A DNA stretch of 64,000 nt from Proteromonas lacertae (lineage: Eukaryota), in assembly GCA_002245135.1 (NCBI GenBank), contig NGBS01000004.1, positions 1-64,000 of the forward strand, written 5' to 3'. A program made the position numbers and the translations under genes. Below, one piece after another: positions 37,241-51,483 of the stretch; the stretch's first letter is position 1, and each line of letters begins with the position of its first letter. Under the pieces are notes generated by a model, which saw only the letters and a program-made list of their open reading frames with translations, did no database searches and had not been told where the DNA came from.

Positions 37241-38928
37241 ATGAACAAATCGTTATATAACAAGGGAACTAGTCTTATTGACAATCTCTTGAAAGAGGCT
37301 GTAAACGATCCTAATGCACAGTTGATACTCAACTTACCACAACCAGTCGTTGGAGTTAAAGTAGATATTACAGGAAGGCTAAAAACGAAGAGTGGTGAAA
37401 TCCCGCTTTCTTATTTAACATTAAAATATAATTGGATGAAATGCACAAGGACACTGAACTGTAGTTTACCTAGATGTTGTAAAGCCACAATTAACGAACC
37501 ATTACGATTAGCTAAATTCAGGTGTTTGCTGTGTTACAATGAACCAGGTGCATCCAGAATGATATTTTGCTCTCATGAATGCTTGCAATACCATCTAAGG
37601 TATATTTTTTTCATTTAATTTCTCAACAATTATATAGGACTTGTCCACATAACAATGTCAAAAAAATCACAACGAATCTTAGAGATTGGTGTGATGATAT
37701 AATAAGTCTACAAGCACCAGATCTAGCCAGTACACTCAAATATATCCCAATCAGTAATACTGATCAATATGTCCCAACCAACGATGATGCAGGTAAGTCA
37801 ATACGAGTAGAAGTAACAGCTTTAATCAATGGTAAAGAAATCGCTAGTAGAACGTTAGATACATTAATGACTTTCCCCAGAGGTCCTTCACCCCAACCAC
37901 GTATGTATTTATCATGTAAGACTAAGCCATATATGACGAATCCAATCAGATTAGCATCTTATAATATACTAGCCTCAGTATATTGCAGTGAAGGTTTTTG
38001 CCCTCATTGTCCAGATTGGGCAAGGCAGTGGAATTATAGAAGAGATAATATTATTAGAGATTTAACAAATATGAGTGCAGATATTATATGCTTACAGGAA
38101 GTACAGTTTGAACATTACAAAGATTTCATAAAGCCAGAGTTGGAAAAGAGGAATTATTCAGGTTTATATAAGCAGAAGACAAGAGATGGATTAGAAGATA
38201 AAATCGATGGATGTGCTATATTCTACAAAAGTGAAAAATTCGATCTAATTAACAAAGATGAGATTAATTTCAATGATTTAGCAAGAGAAACATTCCAAAA
38301 TGATTATACAGTGATTAAAAGACTATTACACGATAATATTGCACAAATTGTCCATTTTAGGTACAAATACCCAGGAGATAGTTCAGCAGATATAGTTATT
38401 GCTAATACACACATATATTGGGATCCAGAGTATCCAGATGTGAAATTATGGCAAACTTACAAATTACTTCAAAGATTAGAAAATTATAATCCATTTCCTA
38501 TTATTTTATGTGGTGATTTTAATTCTACATTACGTTCTGCTGTTTATACATTCTTAACAGAATCATGTGTAGCATCCAATCATCCTGAATTAAAAAAGGA
38601 TCCGTTGAATATTATAGAGCCGTTATTACCTTTAAAGCATAGTTTGACATTACAAAGTGCTTATAAATCTGTATTAGGAAGTGAGCCACAAACTAATTAT
38701 ACTGCTAATTTTAAAGGAAGTTTAGATTATATTTTTTTCTCACCAGGAACTATTCAACCATTTGCAGTATTGAATGTACCAACTGAAAGTGACTTAATTA
38801 ATGAAATTGGATCTACCGAATTACCTAATCCTGTCTATCCTTCTGATCATATACCGTTATGTATGGAATTTGATGTTATTCCACAAGTTATGCCACCACC
38901 AAACATGTATATGCCATCTTATTATTAG
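37241..38928 (+). CDS. CCR4: CCR4-family EEP deadenylase with N-terminal Cys/His zinc-binding region
   Basis: SYNILA, DIICLQEV, DGCAIFYK, NTHIYWDP, CGDFNS, LDYIF and PSDHIP motifs. Intron at about 37600-37637. Confidence 0.9.
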
Positions 38929-39122
38929 TTAATTAACTCAAACTCTCACACACACATTTTTTAACATTAATTAATTATTAAAAAAGTAATTTTTCTATTA
39001 TATTACTCTAAATAAAATAGTATTATGCTTTTTTGATGGTTAAAATAATATGAAATTACAATTTAACATAAAAAATAATATTCATCTTTTAATTAAATAA
39101 AATTGAGTTTTACAAAATTTGA

Positions 39123-39280
39123 TTATGAGTGTTTAAATGTACTTCTTGATGAAGATTCTGTTGTTGAAGACAATGATATTGATGGATTCTTGAACATTGT
39201 TTCTAATGCTTGTAATCTTTCACCAACATCTTGATCTAATGCATTTAATTCTTGATCAACATATTGTCCTATCATAATAA

Positions 39281-39312
<32 letters not shown>

Positions 39313-40693
39313 AGTATACGATTTCTAGGTCTTTCTGGTGAAGATTTACCAGTTCTTCCTCTACTACCTCCAACAATTGCACTACTACTTCTCTTATTAC
39401 CTATTTTTTTCCTTGCTAATTGTTTTACACCAACATCCTCTGGATTAATATGAGTTTCTTTATATTTCTTAATTGTAGTGATTTGACCTGCATTTTCATC
39501 ACCATACTTTATTTCATCTTCACTCACCTTACGATTTGGTCTTGTAGTAGCAGAATGTTTAGACGAACCTGATGTATTATTCGATCTACTGATAGAAGCA
39601 CTTTGACTTCTTTTTGGAACTAATTTATTCCTTATTAATCTTGTACCATTGTTTTCATTATCAATATTATCAGTTTCTTCACCATTATCATAATCATTGT
39701 CTCTAATGCTGGCACTCATGTTTTCAATGTCTTCATTTGTATAATGTTTCATCACACCATTCTCTTTTAGATATTTCAACTGTTTTATACACATTTTTAA
39801 CTATTAAAAAATACAATAAAATATTTTACAATATACTTTCTCTTCCAGCTCTTTATCACTCATTCCTGTATAATCAGCAGATAAATTCTTCTTTCCTGCA
39901 TCTTTAGCTGATTTCTCATTAATTCCAGTGATTGTAGAACACATAGATTGTAATATTGAATCAATATCATATTTTGTTTTTGTGATTATCTCTGTATATC
40001 TTAATAAATCACATTCTCTCATCATATCTGTGAATTCACTGGATACTGGAGTAGGTAATGGACTGTATTTTAATACTATAATAATTAGGAAATATATAAA
40101 TGATTTATGATATAAAATATTATACATAATTTACTAGTAGCTTTCATTTTGGAGTATAGCTCTTTGTTTTTACCATACAAGACCTTTGAATATGTTTCTA
40201 TACCATTTATAATAAAGAATAATATATATACTCATCTGAATGGCTTGATCGAGTTGAAAAATCATTGTTTTTATAATATCTACTTGCGATTTGTGGATTT
40301 GTAATGCAGTATTAATTGGAGAGTTGTACACTTGTTCCAAACGCTATGAAATAAAGAGTAATACAAAGGATTTAATACATTCATATTAACAAAGGATCTC
40401 TTATAAAGCTTCTCCAATTTTGCAATTAATGCATGATATCTACACAATAAACCTAGTACATGTTATACTCTTCTTGTATTTCTTTCGTATAGTCATCTTT
40501 AGTCTTCAAAATTTCAGTTTGTATACCTTGTAAATATTGACACTCCATTCTGTGCTTTCTCTTCAATTTTACCAAATCAAACTACAATAATTTAGAAATG
40601 ATACAACAAGAAATTTAAACTCATCTTCACCAGGATCATTCTTTAAATTCTTATGATCAGTCTATACAGTAAGATATGTTTCCAATATACCAT
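39123..40693 (-). CDS. Hypothetical multi-exon protein
   Basis: Exon-like segments separated by about 30-nt GT-AG introns; the first exon may be ATG alone. No family recognised. Confidence 0.55.
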
Positions 40694-40780
40694 TCTATGA
40701 TGATGATTAATATCTTTTCAATATTGTAACGACTTTATTTTTATATAAAAACTTGGCTTGAAGACTTTTTTTTGTTGGTG

Positions 40781-43700
40781 ATGTTTAGCAGGAGTAAGGA
40801 TATTAGAATATATTTTATAGGTGAGAACAGGAAGAGCTCATTAAGTAGTTTAGACAAAACACCTAGATTTGACCAGGAAGAGTTTAATGACTGGTTATCG
40901 CACTTACCCACAGTTAGGACCATGGTAGTTAGTAGTATTACCAAAGGTGGTGGAATTATTGGACAATCTATAAATATTTCTATGGAAGTAAATGGTATTC
41001 CAATAGAAAGGAAATTAAGGTATTAATGTACATATATTTTATAGTGATCTTAAATCTATTATGTCATTATTAAAGAAGAGATATTCAGGTATTTGTTTTC
41101 CTCAATTTTTTGATGATAATGAAGAAATTAACACAAAGAATATGAAAGTACAAGTAGCACAAGCAGTAAGATGTCTAGCATCTATCCCATTTTTTATTGA
41201 AGATTCAGATTTCTCAGATTTTTTATATTCTCAAGGCTATAAAGGAAGTGGTTTTTCTATTAAAGGGTTTAGAGTATATTATTATTATTATTATATATTT
41301 ATTTGTATAGAGTCGTACAGAAAGTGTAGAAAATGTCGGTTACTCTCGTTGGCTCTCTTTTACTCATTATATTCAAGAATTAATAGACAAAATCCCATTA
41401 CATAGCAGTCTATCCAAACAATCAATTCCATTACCAGTATTAACTAAAGATGAACATAATGAATGGTTAAATAAAGTAAATAATGAAGAATTATCAGTGT
41501 CAATAACCTATGAACAAATTGAAGGCAATGTAATGATTTGTATGATGAATACTAATCCAAATAGTGTAGTATCTAGAAGATCAATGAAGTATAACATTAA
41601 TATATAGTAATATTATATATTTTATAGAGATTTTGAACAATATTTTACATTCATATCACAATGTTATACCTCTTATCCAATCAAATTGCTCAATATGGAA
41701 GAAATCTTAAAAGGTATAAATTCAACGAATGAAGAATATGATGTGATCTGTGAAATATTAACCATTCATATGAATTATCTATTAACAATACCATACATCA
41801 AACATCATATATTCACACGATTATTCTTGTTTTTACCTGAAATATCATGGAAAGCATTTATCTATCGTCATGATTTATGTTATTCTGTTAATGATTTAAC
41901 AAAAGCTAACTTATTAGATACAATTGAAGATATGAGAACAAACATAATTGATTTTACTGGTGGAAGTGAATATATTGATGGTTTTGACCATTATTGTGGA
42001 TATTTAAGATTACTATCAAATGAACAACATCGTGTTCCTGATAAATTCAAAAGTGATTTAATCAGTCATCAACAAATATTATATAAAACGATAATGAAGA
42101 TTAAAGATATGATTGAACCAAATCTAGGTAGATATAATATACCTATATATAATGAATCATTCCCACTGTTATGCCAATATTGTAGAAGACAACCTTATAG
42201 TCCTGAGAATTCAACAGATAAACTGAATTTAGGATCTGATTTAATGATTTTACCTTATATTTATAACAAATTAAATGATGATTTAGATTATATTAAAGAT
42301 ATTATTAGTTTATATGAACATAAAGAGAAATATTCACAGGAATCTGAGTTATTATTAAACCAAGTATCTTCTGTTATTACACCAGGTAGAAGTAATAATA
42401 AAGAAACTGATTTTACATCTGTTACTGAGAAATTGAATTTTATTACACAAATAATCGAAAGATTTGATAATGGAATATTGTTTGCATATACACAGTTCCT
42501 GTATATATATATATATATTATTGATATTATATTATGAATAGTAAAATAATAAGTAATTCATATGATCAATTAAGTAATCTACAAAAGAGTAAACATTATA
42601 AAGATGTATTACCTATTGTCCATTTATATGAACCAATATGTAAAGAATATAGAATAAATTATGTTAGAAAACTATCAGTAGATACGTATAAATATAAACA
42701 CAATTTATATATATATATATATAAATAGAAGAGATGTTAATTTAGATGTTTATGAACCAAGTGATTTAACATCATCAGTACCTCGTCGCAATTTTGAGAA
42801 TAAATTCGAATTGGCATTTTACAAATGTTATGGTAAAGTTGGTATTGAATCATCTGAATATAGTTTAAATACTGAATATAAACCATCAGTATTGGTTCAT
42901 TATCCAATGGAAATTGAGTTACCGTATGGAATTGAAGAATTCTGTTATCCCTTACCAATCAAATTAAAGACAGTCGTTAATATAACGTATATATATATTA
43001 TTTATTAATTGTTTTAAAAATAGTGAAGCAAATAAATTATTGGATAAAAACAATGAATATGGAAAACATCATATATTTACAGTAACCAACAGTCATGGTG
43101 AAACTAATTATGGTTGTGTGATGTTCAGTAATGAGATAATCCTTGATAATGAAAAGGGTGATATGTTTAGTTATGAAACAGCTCAATTTATTATCAGTGA
43201 ATTGCCCATCTTTCAAATCCATCTTAATGTCTTACATCATATAATCAGCATGGAAACTGAATATATAAGAAACAAAGCAAAAGAAATATGTGAAAATGCT
43301 AAAGATTTAAGAAGTAATGATAATGTTTATTTAGAAAGAGTTTCTTTATCGGCTCATAATGTGAATAAAATACCAGAACCAGTAGTAGCAATATTAAAAC
43401 AATATAGAAAATTAGATTATCCAAACAGTGGAGATAAAATAGTAGTTCCATTTTTACCACCCGAAAAAATCATACCTAAAAGAATGCCAAAAGGTTCCAC
43501 TGAGTTGATTAATTCTGATTTAATGTTTAATTATTGTATTAGCGAACCATATGTTGAGTTACTAAGTATAGAACGATTATTTCAAACAATTGGTTGTTTA
43601 ATAACAGATCATAGATTAGTCGTTGTATGTTCTAATACTGATCAATTAACTTCCACTATTTTATATATTATTTCATTATTTTACCCATTTCCAATGTCTC

Positions 43701-45147
43701 ATACCATTAATTTGGTTTTGTCTGATAATTTGGTGGAGCAAACTCACATATTGGAAGGAGGAATGGGATTATCAATTATTGGAATTAACCAATTAAAAGA
43801 ATCAGTATATTATATTATTATTATTATTTATAGATTGATGATGATGGCATGGTAATATTGAATTTAGATACTTATGAAATAAAAATACAAAACCGTGATA
43901 ATACATCATTGAGATTACCATTTTACAACAAATTTGCAGCTTTATTCTCAAATATAATGGAACAAATCAAACGAACCTCTGATAGAATGACACATGATCA
44001 TTTATTTGATGAATTTAAAAAGTATTTCAGATATTACATGAGTAGTTTAGGTAATTTATTGATTGAATTAAAGCAAAATGAAGATGAAATCATTAAATTA
44101 TTAGATAATAATTGTAAATATGACACTGTATTAGGCTATTTAGATAAAACTAACATTTCATTTTTAGAGACAATGTTACAGTCATCTTTAATCAATAATT
44201 TCAATGATGTTTTATGTGATGTATTAGAATATGAAACTCCAACGAGAGATTTGACTGATTTAATGAAATTCAGTTGTATTCAAAGATTCGAAATGCCTTC
44301 GATGATTAGAAAGTTTTATAATCCATCACCGCTTATTAATGAAATATTAAAAGATATTCCAGAAGATGTATTACAGAAATATCCATCTATTTCTGACAAA
44401 CTAAATACAATTGTCAATGATCCATTTGTTTTGTTTAAGAAAGAAGAGTTTCAGAGTGATTTATATCAAAGTAATTATTATATGGATATTCAAATGATAT
44501 TCTCCAGTGAAAGTCCAATAATATCGACTATATGTGAATATTTGTTTTATTTATTTCAAATTATATTAAATCAGTATCCAAATATAATTGTTCATGTGTT
44601 AGATTCGATTGAATTTAATACAACTGATAAGACTCATTATAAGTTAAGATTTTACCATTTATCAAATAATCGATGTGATAATGATTCATTAAGAGTGTTA
44701 TATACAATTAATACATTTTTAGATAATTGTTTATCAGGTTTATATGTAAAAATTGAATATGGTTTCAGTCCAAAATGCAATTATATCTGTGATAATGTTA
44801 CTTTGATAAATAATGACCATTTAATCAATATGAAGAATGAAAAAGATAAAATTGATAATAATACGACCAATAAAGAGACTCATTCAATGTATTTAATTAA
44901 ATGTAATTCTCATTTTAATAAAATAACAGAATCGTTTATTATAAGTGAATTACTGTCAGTAACACAATCAGTTCAAAAAGGAATAACAATGAAAATTACT
45001 AGAATGTATATTGAAGAAAAGCCTGGTTGTAGATTATGTTATGAAGTAGAATTTAATGATAATCGCGATTGGATTAAGAGTATTAATAGAATAAATGCAA
45101 TTGATTTTGAAGTAATTGAGTATAAACATAAATCAGTTAGATTCTAA
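40781..45147 (+). CDS. PX-like and DENN domain protein (putative Rab GEF), multi-intron
   Basis: RKLRY-SDL and SRRSM-RDFE PX-like motifs; IEEFCYP, HIFTVT...YGCV and LITDHRLVVVCSN DENN motifs. Confidence 0.7.
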
Positions 45148-45289
45148 TGTTTTTTTTTCAATATTAATCTAATGTGTGTATGGTTGTATATAAAACATAA
45201 CATTACTATAATAATATAAATAAAATAATTTAAAGGATAGAAAAAAACAAAATTAATGTCATTAAATACCACTTCATCATATATCTGCA

Positions 45290-46286
45290 TCATCTAAAAC
45301 TCATTTTAGGTTTAAATTGAAATGAGGTATTAGATGCAGAATATCCAGACAATACAATCTGTAATTGATATTCCCATCTTGAAACACCAAGTGCATGCCA
45401 TAAATCACTATATATATATAATAATAATAATAATACGTATTTTCACACACTCTATTCCATTTTGAACAAACACAAGCACATCTACTGAGTGATTTTGGAT
45501 CTAAATATCTAAGTATATTACTTAATAATTCATTCGTCAATGGAATCAGTGATTTTGGTAACTTCTCAGTCTTTAATTCTCTATATAACCTATCATCCTT
45601 TGGATTATCATCATATACAGTATCATCAAAATCATTCTTTATCATTTTATCAGCTCCACTTTGTAGTAATAATCTCACTATAGGATAATGTTTCTTTCTA
45701 CAAGCATAGAATAATGCAGTTTCACCATACTAACAATATAATAATATATATATATAATATATACTTGATTCTTAGCATTTATTTCAGCTCTATAATCTAA
45801 CAATAATTCAACTAATTCAATATTACCATTATAACAAGCGAAATGTAAAGGTGTATCTCTTTTATTGGTTATTGCGTTTGGATTGGATCCTGCATCTAAT
45901 AATGTACGAGCAGCTTTGACATGACCTTTATTACAGGCTACGTGCAATGGAGTGTAATTATCCTAGAATTTATATCTTCAATGTAATAATACTAATCCCA
46001 AACATGAATCTGGAGGTACACCTTGCTTTAATATAATATTTGAAATAGTTTTAAAATCACCTTTATCAGCAGCTATTTGCATATCGTCAATAATAGCTTG
46101 ACTAGAAGCATTCAATGCTCTTAATGCAGGATCTTGAGGTAATGACTATAATAAATCATTATATTCACGAAATACCTCAAAAATACTATGATGACTGTGA
46201 AACCTTCTTAATGGACTTTTAACTTTCTTTTCTTCAATTTCTTTTGAAGCTTTAACTTTTCTCTCTCTTATTTTTCTCTCAGACAT
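45290..46286 (-). CDS. Ankyrin-repeat protein with C-terminal F-box
   Basis: TPLHVAC and TPLHFAC ankyrin repeats; LTNELLSNILRYLDPKSLSRCACVCSKWN F-box. Confidence 0.85.
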
Positions 46287-46397
46287 ACCAGACAATGCAA
46301 TAAAAAGAAAAACTTCTTTGCTCGGCTTGAACCTTTGAAACTTCAATTCTATTTTGCAAATAAGAATTTGCTTTATTAATTTCTTCTTTTCTTCATT

Positions 46398-47356
46398 ATG
46401 AGTGGAACTGGTTCTGGTGTATTATTAATTAAATTTTTGTTTATCTTATGTAATATAGTACGATCTATCATGCACTACCTATTCACCTGAAGGCAAAATA
46501 TATCAAGTCGAATATGCAACTAAAGCAGTTGAAAATAGTGGGTATGAATATTATAATTTTTATAATTGCATTCTATAAATTTTTAGAACAGTTGTAGCAG
46601 TTCAATGTAAAGATGGAATTGTGATTGGTGTTGAAAATATTAAAAAATCAAAAATGCTAGTAAAAGGAGCAGGTAGAAGAACCTATCCATGCGATAGACA
46701 TTGCGGCATAGTATTTCTAAAATCGTTCATAAATTAATAAATAGGCATTTTCTGGCTTAATTGCTGATGGTATGAAATTAGTAGAAGAAGCCCAATCAGA
46801 ATGCAAAAATCACAGAGACAATTTTGGTGAACCAATTCCAATGGAAGTATAAAATCAATATAAATCATCTATATTATATCCTAGTTACTAGCAAATCGTG
46901 TAGCACAATTAATTCACTTATACACATGTTATTGGTATGCTCGTCCATTCGGTTGTTCAATTATAATTAGTGGATATGATTATCACAACGGAAGATATGA
47001 ATTATACTCAGCTGACCCATCAGGAGTATGTTTAAGATATTATGGTGTTGCTATCGGTAAAGGACAATCAGCAGCTAAAACAGAAATTGGTAAATATAGA
47101 TTGAATGATAAGAATTGTATTGAAGCAGCAAAATATGTAGCTAAAATGTATATATTTTGATTATTATTATTCTTGTAGAATGCACAGTGTACATGATAGC
47201 ACAAAGGATAAGCCATTTGAACTAGAAATGGGTTGGATTAATGACAGTATCAATAATAGATTTGAATTAATCCCACAAAATATCGTAGATGAAGCAGATC
47301 AATGGGCTCTTGTAGAAATAGAGAAGGAAGAACAAGCAGATGATGATGATGAGTAA
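46398..47356 (+). CDS. PSMA3: 20S proteasome subunit alpha-7 (alpha type 3)
   Basis: [52 protein letters not shown] and [11 protein letters not shown] motifs; about five short introns. Confidence 0.95.
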
Positions 47357-47478
47357 TAATTTTGTTAATTATTATTATTTTATTAAAACGTGTTTTTATT
47401 GAATTTTCAATACACTATATAAAAATGAAAATAATAATAAAACATAATTAATATAAACATTAAAAAATAAATTACGAT

Positions 47479-48258
47479 TTATTGTTCTTCTTTTGTTCTT
47501 GATCTTCCCAATATCCTACGTGGAGGTTGAATTACTGCTTTTAAATAATCTGGAAATGATAATGTTTTATTTGTGTCTCTTGTAACATCATCACCAAATA
47601 ACTTCCTCATTTGTGCTTCAAATTTATCTTTACCATATCTTCTATATAACATATCCATAGTTTCATCAACACTGATAGTGCCAACCAAATCTTTATCAAA
47701 CATTAAAAATTGAACTATTAAAAAGAATTGAAAGGGTTCCATGCTATATTTATTGCCAATTGGATCTACATTTCTTTCATACATTGAAATAAATTCATCC
47801 CAGCTTACACAACCATCTAAATCCTCATCAACTTCCCATATTATTTCTTCTACTTCTTTCTATTTAAATAGAGAATAAAAATTATAATGCAATACCTTTG
47901 TACATTTTCTTCCTAAATTACGAAGAACTTCACTTAAATCTTTAGCTTCTATTTTTCTATCTGGTCTTGATTGAATTTCATCTATTTGAGCTTCTAATGC
48001 TTCAATATCAGCTAGAATTTGTTTTAATTCTTCATCAATCTCTTCTTCTGTCATTATTTCATTTTTATCATTTAAAACAACAACATTATCAGGATTACGC
48101 TTGTGATCCATGATTTTTCTTTTTCTTTCAGCTTTTGGCTTTATCTTTATTCTAATTTCATTAACAGGAACAAAATTAGCCATAAAATTGAAAGCACGTT
48201 GAAGTTGTTTCATTTCTGGTCCTTTAATCAAAGGCTCACTCTCTTGTTGATTAGACAT
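47479..48258 (-). CDS. Calmodulin-like EF-hand protein
   Basis: IIWEVDEDLDGCVSWDE and MFDKDLVGTISVDE loops; one intron at about 47860-47895. Confidence 0.8.
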
Positions 48259-48363
48259 GATGAGATAATTAAAAAAGAAAAAAAGAAAACAGTCGAGTCA
48301 AACTTTTTAGCTTGACATTTATTTTGAATTTTATCATTTAGATCAATTTAATCAAAGTAAATT

Positions 48364-49796
48364 ATGCAAAGTATAGCTTAATTTATTAGTGTATAGGTAC
48401 AAGTTTTGGAGGTGGTGGTTTATTTGGTAATAACAACACGACTCCTTCTACTTCTTCTTCAGGTTTGTTATTCGGAAATACTTCATCAGTAAATAAACCT
48501 AGTACTGGTTTATTTAATAACAATAATAATAAACCGGGTGGTTTGTTTGGCAACAATGGATTAACAAATACAGCAACAACTGGTGGTGGACTTTTCGGAA
48601 ATTCAGGAACAACCAATGCTACTACTGGAGGTGGATTGTTTGGAAATACAAATGCAGGTGCAACGACAGGAGGAGGAGGATTATTTGGAAATACAGCAAC
48701 AAACCCAACAACAACAGGTGGTGGAGGATTATTTGGAAATAACGGAACAAACCCAACAACAACAGGAGGAGGATTATTTGGAAATACAAATGCAAGTACA
48801 ACGACAGGAGGAGGATTATTTGGTAATACAAATGCAAGTACAACGACAGGAGGAGGATTATTTGGTAATACAGCTACAAATCCTACATCTGCAGGTGGAG
48901 GATTATTTGGAAATAATACAACAGGTGGTGGTTTATTTGGAAATGCAAATAGAACAGGTACAACGACAGGTGGTAGTGGTGGATTATTTGGAAATACAGG
49001 AGGTACTGGTGGTGGTTTATTTGGAAATGCAAATAGAACAGGTACAACGACAGGTGGTGGATTATTTGGAAATACAGGAGGTACTGGTGGTGGTGGTGGT
49101 GGTTTATTTGGTAATGCTGGTGGAATGAATAATAATAATAATAATAATAATAATATGCCATCATTATCACAAGTATTAAACCCAACAGGTAATACAATGA
49201 ATATAAACAATGATACATTATACAAAGACTTACAACCTCAAATACAGGAAGGAATTAATAAAGTACAACAACATATCAATGATGCTGATTCAATATTAGA
49301 TCAATTACAATTATATAAAGGAAATGAAGTTAAAGAAATAGAAACATATATTAATCAAGTATCTTTGTCATTGTTATCACTTGAAAACATACTAGAAAAT
49401 CAGAAACAAGATATATCATCAGTTCGTTCAACAATATTGAAAGATAAACAAGTTGCATTAACTGCGTCGCCTGATAATTACTTTGATGTAATGACAGTTA
49501 AAAATAGACCTTCTCCTGGACCTTATTTTTGGGAATTATTAGATTCATTTGAAAAGTCAATTCAATTTTATAAGAAAAGAGTCGAATCAGTGGAGAGAAC
49601 ATTTGAATTATCAACAAATACAACTATAACAACAAAACCTGCTGGTGAATTGATTGAAAATACATTAAAATCAGAAGCTCAAATATTTATGAATTTAGCA
49701 TCTGAAGTTGCTAATGTTCATAATGAAATAGAGAAATTAAAAGAGCAATATGATATAAAAGATGAAAATAAGAAATCTGATTTAATGAATTTTTAG
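48364..49796 (+). CDS. GLFG-repeat nucleoporin, Nup58/Nup49-like
   Basis: About 16 GGLFGN repeats followed by coiled coils with PSPGPYFWELLDSFE. 5' exon uncertain. Confidence 0.8.
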
Positions 49797-49892
49797 TTTT
49801 TCTATTTCTTTAATTTATTTATTGTTATTATTTCAATTGTTTTTTTGTTCTTTTTATTAATCAACAAACACATAAAATATATAATAATATAA

Positions 49893-50560
49893 TTACATTT
49901 TTGATAATAACCATTCAAATGCAGACTTATAAGTATCTGGTTGGTATGCTGATGTACTGAATATTCTAAATGGCTTGTTAGGAAAGTTAACATTCTTCAA
50001 ATTCAAATCATTTAGTATTACTCCATTAGATTGTGCATTTGATAGATCTATCTTTGCAAAAAGCACAGCAGCAGGTATTTTTTCAATGTGCTTTTGATTT
50101 AATTAACTATGCAAATAGTGTTAATGTTAAAAAAAACAATATACAAATTCAGCATTATTAAATCTTTCTTTTTCACACTATCTACTAAAAACATTACTAC
50201 ATTCAATAATATAACAATATATTAATACTAGCTTTAGTATTATAATTTGGGAAATCTTCTCTTAACTAAACACTTTATTCGCTACAGCATGAACCTAAAT
50301 CATGAATTTCAAAAATAGTATGAAAAATATTAAATTAACCTCCATTTATTCTAAATTTACTAATTATATATATAACACACTTCTATTGCTTCATTTGAAC
50401 TATATTCAGCATATAAAACAGCACACAATAATGTAGTCTTTCCTGTACCAGCAAGACCTACAATTTATCCATTTATTGTTATATCAAAGACAAAAACAAG
50501 CGGTTCCTATTTAAGAAAAGATATAAACTTATAAACAAATGTAAAATACTGATGATATTA
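49893..50560 (-). pseudogene. Degenerate tandem paralog of the SAR1-like GTPase
   Basis: GLAGTGKTTLLCAV P-loop and a C-terminus similar to the neighbouring gene, but with stops or frameshifts and a damaged DxxG region. Confidence 0.7.
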
Positions 50561-50676
50561 TGCTAGACTTTGAATTAAAAATTGTATCATGTAAAAACGT
50601 TCTTATTCATACATTTGTTTTTTTAATCAAATAAAAACAATAATATATTAAATATATAATCTTAAATTCACAAAAA

Positions 50677-51380
50677 CTAAAATTGAGAAGATAACCACTC
50701 AAAAACTGGTTTATAAGTATCTGGCTGGTATATTGATGTTCTAAATGCTCTTAAAGGTCTGTCTGGATAATTCACATATTTCATATTCAAAGCATCTAAC
50801 ATAACCTCATTAGATTGTGTATTTGGTAGATCTATTTTTGTAAATAACACAGCAATAGGAATTTTATTTAAATCTTCTAAATCTAGTAAAAATTCTAATT
50901 CCTATTATCATTAAAATATAATAAAAATGTCTCATACATTTTGAGCTTCAGTAAATCTATCTGCATCTGCACTATCTACTAAAAACAGTACTATTTTCAA
51001 TAATATAACAGATTATAAATACTAGCACCACATTGTGGTATATATTCTGACCATAAATATCGAACAGTCTAGAATATATTAAATACTATCATACTTCATG
51101 TCCACCTAAATCCCAACATTTAAATGTAGTGTGAAAAATAGTGAATTGCTCTTCATTTGCTCTCTATTTGCTAATAATGTTTATAATATACTTCTGTTGG
51201 TGCAAATGAACTAACTTCAGAATGTGAAACAGCATGCAACAATGTTGTCTTTCCTGCATTATCAAGACCTATAAATTAACTACACAAACAAATACCTATA
51301 AAAATAATGGTAGATTCTTTATTAGTCAATCCTAAAACTTGTAAGAATGAGTTAAATATCGATGATAATAAATTACCCAT
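50677..51380 (-). CDS. Sar1/Arf-family small GTPase (divergent Sar1-like)
   Basis: GLDNAGKTTLL, WDLGGHE, FLVDSADADRF, TKID and VFEWLSSQF motifs; several short introns. Confidence 0.85.
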
Positions 51381-51483
51381 TGAGAAAAAGGAGATGAAAA
51401 TAAAATATTTTCAAGTCAAGCTGAAACGGCTATAATTTTACTGTTTTTTCGCATTTTCATCACATTCTCAACGAATACCGAGT

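Noticed and set aside
48410..49120. Regularly spaced GGAGGATTATTTGGAAAT repeats as a CRISPR-like array
   Set aside because: In-frame coding FG repeats with related spacers; no cas genes.
48386..49225. Pro-rich antisense ORF and other alternative-frame ORFs
   Set aside because: Shadows of the GGLFGN nucleoporin repeat.
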